Assembly (NCBI GenBank): GCA_043228905.1
Contig: JBHGNT010000004.1
Span: 11,718,001 to 11,782,000, forward strand
Origin: Azolla caroliniana
Taxonomy: Eukaryota; Plantae; Polypodiophyta
Direction of reading: 5' to 3'
DNA length: 64,000 nucleotides
The translations under genes and the position numbers were made by a program. Position 1 is the first letter of the stretch; each line of letters opens with the position of its first letter. Under the pieces are notes generated by a model. It was not told where the DNA came from. It did not search any database and saw nothing but the letters and a program-made list of their open reading frames with translations. Shown here one piece after another: positions 52,985 through 64,000 of this stretch.

Positions 52985-53840
52985 CTCGCCACCACCTTCC
53001 TTCTCCTTGGTCTTACGTTGCCACGTCGGCTCGAACTGCCAAGGTCTCGGGAACATGTATGGCGGATCCTACTCTGACCTTTGATACCGTTTCCGGCTAC
53101 CGACCCGTGCAGTCTACTCCGCACCCGGTTCCCTCGTTCCCGGCACCACTGTGTGCCATCTTCCGTCGTCCTTGTTCGGCACTGCCTGTGCCGAACACCG
53201 TCCCGTACTTGTGCTTCGTTTTGGCCCTTGATGGCCATTCGCATGTCTCATGATCCGCTCCTTGCTTACCCCTCACCAGCTTTCCTCCGAAATCATAACC
53301 GGCCGATAAGGGTTCAACCTCTGTCAGCTCTAGCCTCACTGGCTCCCGAACCGCTCTTCCCGCATCGTCAGTTCCCGTTTCTTGCCGCCACCATCCTTCT
53401 CACTCGGTCTCACGTTGCCATGTCGGTTTGAACTGTCAGTGTCTCCGGATTGGTGTGAGGATCCCATAGGACCGTCTTCCTTTCTCTTCTCTCGTCTTCT
53501 GCCTTCCTTGTTCACCACCGCCTGTGCGGATCGTCGTCCCATACCCGTGCTTTGCTTCAGCCCTCGATGGCCACAAACATGTCTTTTGATCCGCTTTTGG
53601 GTGTGCCCCTTTCCGGCTTGGCACACCGCTCCTTATTCGGGTGTCTTTGGCAACTCACCGAGAGATCACCCTTGCCGCGTCCCGGCCCGCATGACCTCCT
53701 TCGTTTACGTAACGCCTTGGCTTGTCGGTGGCTTTGTTGTTGCTGCCTTTGTCCCCTTGCCTCCACCTTCCATTACCCTTGGTCTCACGTTGCCACGTCG
53801 GCCGAACTGCCGGGGTTTCCGGACAGATGTGAAGGATCCT
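52985..53840. repeat. GC-rich degenerate repeats at ~380-400-bp spacing (3 copies)
   Basis: ggtct.acgttgcca.gtcgg..gaactg at ~53010, 53406, 53781. Confidence 0.6.
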
Positions 53841-54298
53841 TCTTGGGCCTCCGATTTGTTGGGTCACCCACTCGTGTACTAAGCGCGTCCGATCTTTGTC
53901 TTGCCGACTCTACCGGTTGGGTTCGTATACGGTTCGTGGCCGCCTCACCGGCCTCATACCTCTTTTCGCTTTGCTTTCCGTCGTCTGATCACGTTCTGTT
54001 GAGTTACAAGCTCAACATTGAGTGCGTAATACGGTGTGTAACCTAGTGCGTGGACTGGGTGCATAAAATAGTACGCATAACGTGGCCGTATTTGCGCGTA
54101 AACCGGAAGGCGGTTAGTATGGTATTCCTCGTAAGGAATAATTTTGGGAGTTACTGTAGTAGGCTCATTTATGAGCATTCAAGTACTCTCAGTACTTGTG
54201 TCAGCCCGATAGTCAGGGCTTGTATAAAAGATACTCACTGAGCACGAAGAATGTACAGACTGAGTATTATTTTTGAATTGAGTTTGTGTGTATTGACT

Positions 54299-54331
<33 letters not shown>

Positions 54332-54530
54332 TCCCACGTACTGTGTGTCCAAGCTTTCCATTAAACCTGCATTTTCTGTATTCGGTTTTCTATTGCTTCC
54401 GCACACTATTCTTTACATGGTATCAGAGCGAGAGGGTTGGGAACCTTTGCAGCTGACATAGCTTGAAAGGAAAACCAACCAAGAAGAATAGGTAAAACCG
54501 ATGGATAGAGGCATGGTTAGCTCGCTTCTG

Positions 54531-55210
54531 ATGGAGAAGCTCGACAAAAACAACTACGCGTCTTGGTCCTACAAGATGCACCAGTACCTGCTCGGGCATG
54601 GTTACTGGAGTTATGTCGACGGAGCAAATGACACAACACCCGAATGAGCACACAAAGATTTCCCGGTGTGGGAACAGTCGACGAGCAGAGTACTGTACTG
54701 CTTCGCGTCTTGTGTGGGCGAACAACTCCTAAGCTACATTCGGGATGCAAAAACGTCAAAGGATGCTTGGGGAAATCTGAAGAAAATTTTCTCCGCAAGC
54801 ACCACAACCAAGAAGCTTCAACTCCGACAGGAGCTGAGCAACTTACGACAACGCGACTTGTCGGTGGCTGACGGAGAAGCTCAACAAAAACAACTACGCG
54901 TCTTGGTCCTACAAGATGCACTAGTACCTGCTCGGGCACGGTTATTGGAGCTATGTCGATGGAGCAAATGACACAACACTCGAATGAACAGACAAAGATT
55001 TCCCGGTGTGGGAACAGTCGGCGAGCAGAGTATTGTACTGCTTCGCGTCTTGTGTGGGCGAACAACTCCTAAGCTACATTTGAGATGCAAAAACGTCAAA
55101 GGATGCTTGGGGAAATCTGAAGAAAATTTTCGCCGCAAGCACCACAACCAAGAAGCTTCAACTCCGACAGGAGCTGAGCAACTTACAATAACGCGACTTG
55201 TCGGTGGCTG
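54531..55210 (+). repeat. 340-bp tandem duplication within the Copia F gag
   Basis: 54531-54870 matches 54871-55210; CTGA microhomology at the junction. Confidence 0.92.
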
Positions 55211-55360
55211 ATTACACCTCGAAGATCAAAGAGATATGCGACTCCTTAGCCTCTATCAATGTGAACGTCGAGGAAGGCGAGATGGTGCAGATCTGTCTCG
55301 GGGGACTGGCGTCGAAGTTCAGAGTGTTCCGAACTGCTGTGTGTACACGGGAGAATACGA

Positions 55361-55935
55361 TGTCGTGAAGATCCGTCACTATGTGCGGATCGCGAGGCGG
55401 AACCACTGGGGTCCTGCACTGGAAGGATTCGAAGTTTGCACTAGCCTTAGCGAGAAAGGTTTTTAAGATAGATTGAGAGAGATTGAGATTAATATGAGAT
55501 TTAAACACTTGACTTGAGGTTGAGAGAGATTGATATGGTGAGAGAGAGATAGAGAGTGAGAGAGATAAGATCGAACTTTTATCTTTAGATTTAAGAGACA
55601 AGATACATCAACAATAGGGTTACATGTTTCTTATTTGATTATCCAAAATTTTTACATTAGTCCTTTTCATCTTTTTTCTCCCCTCTTTTATAGATGCCCT
55701 CATGCATTTGAGGGTACAAGACATGCATAAAATGCATGTTTGCCATTTGGCGCTCATGTATTACATGTGGTGCAGGATAACCATGTCACTCATTTTAGCT
55801 CTTATATATGAGAGTTTACATGTGTAAAGTTACAATGATAAAAATATAATTCCAAGAAAATGTGGTGGCTTCGTGGTAAGCCTATTGACTCTCAACTTGG
55901 AGGTGCAAGGTTCAAATCCTTACTTTCCCTCCTTG

Positions 55936-55966
<31 letters not shown>

Positions 55967-56413
55967 TTATCCATCTGGCTGTCTGTTGCCGAATGCCGGT
56001 TATCGTTCGGTCGCCGGATGTTGGTTACCGTCCGGTTGCTGGTTACGTTGCTAGCTCATCGGCTTCGTTGCCGGTCCAATTTTGGTTGGGCAAAACCTTT
56101 GCAAGTAGCCAGGCCACACCCATTCATCCAATAGCTTAGTTCAAGTCACCTTGAACTCTCTATGCTCCACACATAGACACAAAGATAATAGCTTTTGCTC
56201 TACCTTATATATGGTGAAATCCTTATTTCTTGTCTATGTGGGATATCTCACAACTTTATTTTTCTCTTTGTCTTTGCAAACTTCCTACCCACATAAGTCG
56301 ACACTTAGATGTCCGTTTCTTATGTAGTAAAGTGCATCCGAAAGCTCTTCAAGACCTCCATCTTTTTGTAGTTTTATGTGATTTTCACACCATTGCCGAA
56401 AATCTTCACGACA
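55361..56413 (+). mobile_element. Solo LTR, 1053 bp, inserted in the Copia F gag
   Basis: Perfect terminal inverted repeat TGTCGTGAAGAT/ATCTTCACGACA; flanks ACGA/ACGT; host gag is continuous across it. Confidence 0.82.
55855..55930 (+). other. tRNA-derived / SINE-like Pol III module (degenerate)
   Basis: A-box-like TGGCTTCGTGG, loop GACTCTCAAC, B-box GGTTCAAATCC at tRNA spacing; (TA)n downstream. Confidence 0.5.
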
Positions 56414-58601
56414 ACGTCGTCGTTTTTCGACCTATAGTCGTTGCTCCTTATGGAGGAGAACCACGCAAGTGCGTCGACGAGCACACATGACGACAACAAG
56501 ATGTTGTACATGGAGGGAGATAGGCCCTATGGTTGTGGTGGATGAGGCGAGTCGGTGTGCAATGGAGGCAGCCGATGGGATCAAGGAAGAAGGCACCGAA
56601 GTGATGCCGACAACAAATCCAAACCCTCCAGAAACAGGGGGAGTCAAGGCGACGAGAACCGGGATGGGAAATCCGTCGCGGAATGCTGGTACTATGTCAA
56701 GAAAGGCCACAAGGAGAGCGAGTGCTGGAAGAAGCGTGTCGATTTGGTGAGGACCGGATCCAGATCAGGTTCCGGCCAAACCAAAAAGGGTAATCGACAA
56801 TGATCGCACTATGCCGAAGGATCCGGAAAAAGGGTTAGCCTTCGTGACGAGACACAACACGAACTCAATGAAGAAGTCCACCCCGAAATTGGACGAGGTG
56901 TGGTACGTAAACTCCGACGCGTCAAACCACATGACGTGCCACAAGGAGTGGTTCTCATACCTTGAGAAACCGATGCAATCGGGAGTATTCGCAACCGAAG
57001 ACGACATTCCACATCCGATCGTGAATGTCGGAGAAGTTCGCCTGAGCCATGTCGGGCAGAAAGGGAAACTCATGAACGTCTTACACATCTCAACAATCAT
57101 AAAGAATCTGGTGTCAGTCGGGCAGATCGTCGACCAGGGGATGCAAGTCCGGTTCACGCATCTCGGGTGCTTCATCGAGGAAGAAGGCCGAGTTATTGCG
57201 CAAGGGCGTAGAGACGGGAGGATGTTTATCCTCGACTAAAGTGACGGTGGCACGGTAATGTTCACGAAAGAACAAAAAGTCAAGTCGGATATCGACTTAT
57301 GGCACAAGCGGATAGGCCACGTCAACTATCAACGGCTTCAAAACGTGCAATCGAAACAAATGGTGTTCGGATTGCCCAAATTTAGTGGCCGAAGGGCACA
57401 AATTTGTGAAGCCTGCTAGTAAGGGAAGCAACATCGACTTCCTCTCCCTAATGAGCGTAACCGGAGCCAGAACAAGCTCGACTTGATACATTCTGATGTA
57501 TGGGCACAAAACGTTAGTCTTGGCGGGAGCCGATATTTCGTCTCCTTCATCAATGACTATACGTAGCACACGTGGATCTACCTCATCGAGAAGAAGAGTG
57601 AAGTCTTCGAATGTTTCCGGGACCTCAAAGGGTTTGTGGAAACGGAAACAGGAAGAAAGATCAAGTGCCTACGGTCAGATGGCGGGAAAGAGTACTTTTC
57701 TGGCCAATTCAGTTGCAGGTATACGCCGGAGCAAAATGGCGTAGCCGAAAGGAAACATCGGTCGATTGTAGAAGCGGCGCGGGCAATGCTGGAAGAAAAG
57801 AGCTTGCCCAAGTTCTATTGGGCCGAAGCGGTACGCACTGCAGTCTACATCCAGAATCGGATCAGAGAAAAAGTGTCGGCACATGAGTTATACTTCGGAA
57901 CGAAGCTGAATTTGCGACAATTAAGAGTTTTCGGTAGCATTGCGTATGTGCATGTACCGAGGGAGAAGCGGAGGAAGCTGGGTGTGAAAGCCGAGAAGGG
58001 TATCTTGGTCGGCTATTTGGACGAGCAGAAGGGTTATAAGTGTTATAACGCTCGCACCAAACAAACTCGCGTGAGCCGCGGTGTTGTGTTCGACGAGTCC
58101 GTGTCCTAGTACTTGCCTCCGGCTTCGGACCTCAACTCCAACTCTAGATCTCCAGACCCGAGTTTTGACGATGAGGTCAGCGAGGCTGAAATGTCTCCGG
58201 ATGAGCCTGAAATCGGGACCCGCGAAGAGAGTCTGATTTCATTTTGGTTAAGCGGACCGAATGGAGGATTGAGTCAGTTCGACTAGTCCGATGAAGAGCT
58301 GGCGAGTAGTGGAGACTCGGCCGTCCATTCCCCACGTCGGAAGCTGAGGAGATGGCTTATGCACAAGGAAAAAGGGAAGAAGAAGGTGTCAGATTACGGC
58401 ACGGATAGGAACGAGTCGGATCGATGCGAGTCTGACTCCGAGGGAAGTGATGACAGGTCTTCGAGAGCAAAGTCCGCATCGGCTAAGATAGCCTCAACGT
58501 AAGCTAATGAGCAATTATGTTGATCTACCCGCCAGAAGAACCCTGTTGTGGTTTTCAGATAATACGAGTACATGGCGCAACACTATGTGTACATGACCCG
58601 T

Positions 58602-61600
58602 TGTCGTGAAGAAAACCGTCCCTTAGTGTAATCGGTGCATAGCGCGCGTGAACCGGCTCTTCACGCGTGCACGCTCTTTAATGTATATAATAGAGAATGG
58701 GGTACAAAGGTATATCCTAGGTAGTTAGATTCGGTAGGTAGGAAATTAATGAGGGAAACGGCTCCCCTCTTGAAGCTATAAAAGAGAGGGAGACACGGGA
58801 CAGAGAGGGATAAAATTTTATTGAGGAGGACGAAGTGCTGTCGGACCGAAACCGAACGCTTCTCCTCTGTTCGTTCTCCATCGCTCTTCTCTACAGGTTT
58901 TCGGGAGGCTCGCGCTGCTTCGAGGAACGCCCGTGTGCTTCCGGAAGCACCTCCATCCTATCCCCTTTCGTGCGCAGACGAGCAGACATCGGCATCTGTT
59001 CACCGGCCTGTTCGGTTGTAACCGCTCGCGTGCTCTGTTGTTTATTTGTCATTCATTAATATACAAACATTCGTGTCTCTCTGTCTCTGTGTCCATGAGT
59101 TTCTTTGCTCATACGTAACCGAGCGTCTCTCTCTTTCTCTTTCCCCTTCTATCACCTGCTCTTTGGTTCAAGACCCCAGTGGTCCCGCCTCGTTCTCCAC
59201 GCACGCGCGTAGCAACGCGACATCTTTGGTAAACCCGACGTGAACGAGGTGGCAGAGGAGCAGAAGATGAGGGGGTCGGATCTTGCAGAGGCCATGGCTT
59301 CGGCCGTGGACCGGATAGTGAGCGTGCGCGAGGGCACCAGCGCCCTTGACAGGGCTATTGAGGCGATCATCGGTACGATCGGCCGGTTTAGTGGAAAGGA
59401 TGCCACGAGTTATTTGGCGTCCTACTGGGCGGAGATGTTGATGAGGGATATTCCGGGAGAGAGGCGTCTTGCCGGATTCCCTCGAGTGGCGATGCCGGGC
59501 ATCCATGCGGAGATGCTCGAGGTCCGGGCGGAGAGCCGGACCTGGGAGGAGTTCGAAGGACGGCTCCTGGAGAAATACGGGCTGGATGACGCGCTTCGAC
59601 TTTCGAATTGGGGCTTCATGGAGTGGGTGGAGTCCCCCAACAAAGGAAGAAATGCGTCGGTACTCCTCCGGGAGTTTGAGGAATGCTTTGTGCGCCTTTC
59701 GGCGCTCGATCGGATCGTTCTGGACACAAGTCGTGTCCTACTGTTTGTCAAATAGGTTGATGAACGGAATCGGGAGCAAGTGGGCTCCTTAATGGAAACC
59801 GAAGATGGGTTGACGGCCGACTGGGCCGCGGTAAAAAGAGTCTGCGGCCGCTTTGACAAGCGGTGGGAGTGGGTTGATACAGGGGCGACCGGGGCTGGTC
59901 CTGTCGCAGCAAGGAAGCTCGAACCGATACCGCAGGCGTGAAGGGAAGAGACCCGGGAGTGGCTCGAAACCGGTTCGGCTTCGACCGGCGTGGTCAGAGG
60001 CTCGTTCGGGGGAACAACTTTGGAGGAGTTGACACGGGTGGTAAAGGATCTCCAGAATTCCCAGGCTCGGAGGGAAGGCGGCGAACAGGCTCGTGACCGA
60101 CGGCCTCCGACAAGAAATAGGTGCATGTGGTGCGATGAGGTCGGCCACATCTGGAAAGACTGCGGAGACTTTGCGGAGGCTTTGAGAAGCCGGGTAGTGT
60201 ACCTGTGGGAAGGTCCGGTGCACGCTAGCGATACCCGGAGGGCCCTGAACCGAAACGACGGGCGAGGAGGAATGAAAAGGTTGATGGAAGAGGTAGCGGC
60301 CCGGCACGCGGAGACCATCCACTACTCGGGGTCAGCCGATATTCGGGTTGGAGGCAGCGAGGCCCGGAAGGAGAGCAAAGCTGGGTTCTGGCCGACGATG
60401 CTGGAAGGCCTCGCCGGTGCCCGACTAAGGAAAGACGAGGCGGACCGCGCGGAGAAGCGGGTCCAGGAGGTAACTGGGTGGAGTGACCCGGTCGAAGAAA
60501 AGACGGGTTTCGTCGAAGCAGCTTGCCAGCACTACGAGGCTCTAGTTGAAGACAAACGGGTAGGTAAAACCGGAGGGGCCGGACCCTCACAGAGATACGA
60601 AACCCGATTCGGGCCGAAACGAAACAAGGCCGGCGAGACCAATGCCCGGGATAACCACAAGAAGGGCGGATACCGGTTGGGCACGGAGATCGAAAGGACC
60701 ACGGACCTACGAAAGGTCCTGGAAGAACGAATCCTCGACAGTAAGGTGGAACTGTCGTTGCGGGAGGTGCTCGGAATCGCCAAGGAGTTCCACGACTCCA
60801 TCGTAGACTTGGTAAAGAGGAAGAGGCTGTCGACGGAGACAGAACCGGAAAGGCCGGTGGAGGTGCGGACGACGCACATAGAGGACATGGCGCTGGAAGA
60901 CGAGTGGGCGGAGAGCCACTATTCGAGGCCACACTAGGCCCGAGCTACCACGGAAACCCCGGTCAAGATTGCAGATGTTCAGGAACCGGTGGTGGCGCTG
61001 GTGGACCACGGTTCGGAAATAAACCTGATGTCCATGGACTTCTACAAGAAGGGGAAATGGCCGATCAACACCAAGCACGGGTGGAAGATACAAGCGGCGA
61101 TGCGCGCCACTGAGGAACTACACGGGGCCTGCCCAAACGTGCGAGTCAAGATCGGCGACGTCGAGATAGACCAACACTTCTTTGTGCAGGAGACGTCCTC
61201 GCACCCGGTCATATTGGGAGAACCGTACATTATGGCAGCATGGATGGAGACCAAGGTGCTGGACAACGGGTCGGCTTATGCGAGGGTCAAGAGTCAAGAC
61301 GGGCGTCATTCGGTCCAGTTCCTGACGGTGAGACCGAACCACGAGCGAAACCGCGAGTCCCTCAATGGCGAGAACCGAGAGGTGTTTTAGAGAGGGCTGT
61401 CAAGGCGTGGGGCCGCGATAGTCCGGACATTCTGGGAAACCCCCACAAATGTACGATAGAGACGAAACCGAAGAAACCTTGTACCATAAGTAGGAAGTTT
61501 TGTTTCTCTGACAATGGAGGGTGTACGATAGTTGGCGTCGTTGGCCGAGAAAAGACGAGGGCGGAAGAGCGACTTCGGGCGTGCGGAGTTCTCGGGCCCA

Positions 61601-62538
61601 GCGAGGAAATCAACGGTGCCGTGGAGGCGGTCTCCTTCGACGATACCTTGGGAATACTGCGAGAGGTGGTCGGAGAGGGCCTTAAAGAGGACCGGACGAT
61701 ACCGGTTTGTTCGGAAGAGATGTACGAAGTCATCGCGGACTTCAGTCGGGGGCTCGAGTCGGATCAGACGGCCCGGGTTAACACGAAGTACAAGATTGTG
61801 GACCGGAAGGTAAGGCTAGTCGCGGCACCCTTACCGGAGGGCAGCGAGTTGCGAATCAAGGGGGTCGAGTCGGACCCCAGTCTACGAGATCCGGCTTGCA
61901 TAGGACACACCTTCACCGACAGAACTCTACGGGAGCTCAAAATCGGTGGGGGCGGGTTCCTACTGCCGGCGGAAGAAGACCGGTTTCGGAGAATGCTCGG
62001 AAGGCACGGGAAAGCCTTCGCATTCTCACCGGAAGAGATCAGGTGCGTAGACCCGACAGTCGTGAAGCCGATGGTGATATTCACGGTACCACATGTGCCG
62101 TGGAATCTCAAACCAATTCCGGTACCGAGAGCTCACATCCCGGAGCTGATGGAGCTGTTGAGGTAGAAAGTCGATATGGGCATCCTCGAACCGTCGAGTG
62201 CCCCGTACTCGAACCGGTGGTTTACGGTACCGAAGAAGAACGGGACGTTGCGCTTCATTCAAGACCTGCAACCGGTCAACAGAGTGACCATTCGGAATGC
62301 AGGAATCAGACCAACGATAGACGAGTTCGCGGAGGCCTTCGCCGGAAGGTCGATCTACTCGGTCGGTGATCTGTACTCGGGATACGATCAGTTCCAACTA
62401 GCCGTGGAGAGGAGAGACATTACGACTATGCGGACTCCTCTCGGCCTAGTGCGGATGTGTACCCTGCCACAAGGAGGGACGAACTCGGTGGCCCACATGG
62501 TGAATGCGATGAACATGGTGCTCAGGGATTGTATCTCG
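58602..62538 (+). mobile_element. Ty3/Gypsy element G: LTR 58602-59222, tRNA-Trp-type PBS, gag-protease, pol (RT N-terminus); cut by Copia H
   Basis: TGTCGTGAAG...CGCGACA; PBS TGGTAAACCCGACGTGA 59227-59243; CMWCDEVGHIWKDC; LVDHGSEIN; RT YSNRWFTVPKKNGTLRFIQDLQPVN, DLYSGYDQ, LPQG. Confidence 0.9.
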
Positions 62539-64000
62539 TGTTGGTAGACAGGTCCCTCCGGATGGAAAGGGAGAAGAACCGGATGGGGAGATCCCAACTG
62601 CGGATAGTCGGATGGTGTAGGCCCGACTGCGGATAGTCGGATGGTGTAGGCCCGACTGTGGAGAACCGGATGAAGCTCATCAAGGCTACATTTGTAAATA
62701 GCCGAAAAGTCATATTAGTATAAATATGACTTAGGGCAAACTTTTAGTTATGTTGTTGTCATTATTATTCTTCCTTGTTGGTGCAAGAAGAAATCAGAGC
62801 GCGTAACTGTACAGAGAGATAGAGAGAGAGAGAGAGAGACGAGGTCGTTGCCTCTGTTGTAACCGCCGCCTGTGGCGAAGATCTGTGAGCACGAGGTCGT
62901 TGCCTCAGTGATCTCACTGTTGTATATTTCTGCATAGTGACAGTTTGCAGCTTGTGGGCTGCCGTGGTTTTTTCCCCCTATTTTGGGGTTTTCCACGTAT
63001 ACCTCCTGTGCACCATTTCTCTCCCTTTTTTTTGTGTCGCGTTTTCATTACCTGTTTTTCTGTGTATGTAAAGAATCTCGGTTGCGGCTACCGAGCGTGG
63101 GACATAAGGAACATCGAGTTCTCTACAAGTGGTATCAGAGCGAGATCGACACAGAAAATGGACGAATCGTTTGGCGGCATGTTCAAGCTCACCGGCTCCA
63201 ACTATTCAGTGTGGAAGTCGAAGATGAGGGACATGCTCGTGGTTAAAGACCTCTGGCTGCCGGTTCAGTTCGGGGACAAGAGACCGGACAAAATCGACGC
63301 CGCAATATGGGAGGTGATGCACATGAAGACAACGGCGTACATACAGTGCTTCATCGACATGAGCCTGTACAACAACTTCAATGAAGAAAGTAAGGCTCAT
63401 GAGCTCTGGGAGAAGATTGGCACAATGTTCCAGAACAAAAATACTGTCAATCAGGCGTCGGTATTCCGGAAGCTTGTAAGACTCTGGTACCAAGATGGCC
63501 ACAGCATGGCGGAGCATATGAATGCCTTCCAGGGGCTGATTCACCAGGCAACGTCATTGGAAGTACCTCTTGCCGATGAGGTCCTAGCGCTACTCCTGCT
63601 CGGTTCCCTCCTGGATAGCTGGGAGACGTTGGTTGTTACTTTGGGCAACGCCGGGCCGGAAGGAAAACGGATATCCCTAGCAAGAGTAAAATCGAGCTTG
63701 CTAGATGAGGAGGCTCGTCGGAAAGACAAAGATACGAGCTCCGACTCCAAAGCGCTCCTTACCGAATTGGAACGCGGAAGACAGAGAAACCGTAGTCCCC
63801 AGAACCGGGAGAAGTCGGGGACACGATCAAAGTCAAGGGGGAGGCCGACTTGCTTCTATTGCGGCAAGCCGGGACACTTCCAAAAGAACTGTCGGCATTT
63901 CCGTAAAGACAAGGAAACCGACGGTACCGATTCGAAGCAAACCCCGAACCGGAACGGTACCGACCGGAATGGTAAAGACCGGAGGGGTCCAGACCGGAAG
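62539..64000 (+). mobile_element. Copia element H (related to A/E): 5' LTR 62539-63127, PBS 63130-63141, gag
   Basis: TGTTGG...CTACA then TGGTATCAGAGC; 29-bp duplication inside the LTR. Confidence 0.92.
63158..64000 (+). CDS. Copia gag-pol N-terminus, apparently open to the window end
   Basis: MDESFGGMFKLTGSNYSVWKSKMRDML...CFYCGKPGHFQKNC; lacks the lesions seen in A/A'. Confidence 0.8.
   Translation, partial: MDESFGGMFKLTGSNYSVWKSKMRDMLVVKDLWLPVQFGDKRPDKIDAAIWEVMHMKTTAYIQCFIDMSLYNNFNEESKAHELWEKIGTMFQNKNTVNQASVFRKLVRLWYQDGHSMAEHMNAFQGLIHQATSLEVPLADEVLALLLLGSLLDSWETLVVTLGNAGPEGKRISLARVKSSLLDEEARRKDKDTSSDSKALLTELERGRQRNRSPQNREKSGTRSKSRGRPTCFYCGKPGHFQKNCRHFRKDKETDGTDSKQTPNRNGTDRNGKDRRGPDRK

Larger units (their letters stand above)
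53997..58601 (+). mobile_element. Copia element F: 5' LTR 53997-54417, PBS 54418-54429, gag, PR, IN; interrupted at 55361-56413 and from 58602
   Basis: TGTTGAG...TTTACA then TGGTATCAGAGC; WYVNSDASNHMT; LRSDGGKEY, TPEQNGVAERK. Confidence 0.9.

Noticed and set aside
55855-55930. Functional tRNA gene
   Set aside because: Acceptor and anticodon stems pair poorly; kept only as a tRNA-derived module
59422-60932. Long antisense ORFs (298 and 235 aa)
   Set aside because: Shadow frames of GC-rich gag with no domain motifs

Overview
Eukaryotic land-plant DNA; the retroelement style and long AT-rich introns suggest a fern or lycophyte, but that is inference. One host gene: a spliced RRM-RRM-SPOC (FPA/Spen-like) gene, CDS 28238-31533 (+), with a probable promoter near 17.9-18.1 kb and about 10 kb of untranslated leader/intron holding a hAT MITE, a fold-back tandem array and LINE debris. 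Left flank (1-17.3 kb): five-level nest of Ty1/Copia elements and a solo LTR. Right flank: an RTEX-like LINE tail, a near-intact chromovirus (34518-41531) inside a Copia LTR, a spliced Sola-like DDE transposase (45.3-46.9 kb), a non-chromovirus Gypsy with an extra 3' ORF, and a second nest (Copia holding a solo LTR and a Gypsy, which holds another Copia). Most unusual: a Gypsy with a tRNA-Trp-type PBS and gag-protease/-1 pol layout, a tRNA-like Pol III module inside a solo LTR, and the Sola-like transposase. No prokaryotic system, CRISPR array or intact RNA gene was seen. All family assignments come from motif recognition by eye and need database confirmation.
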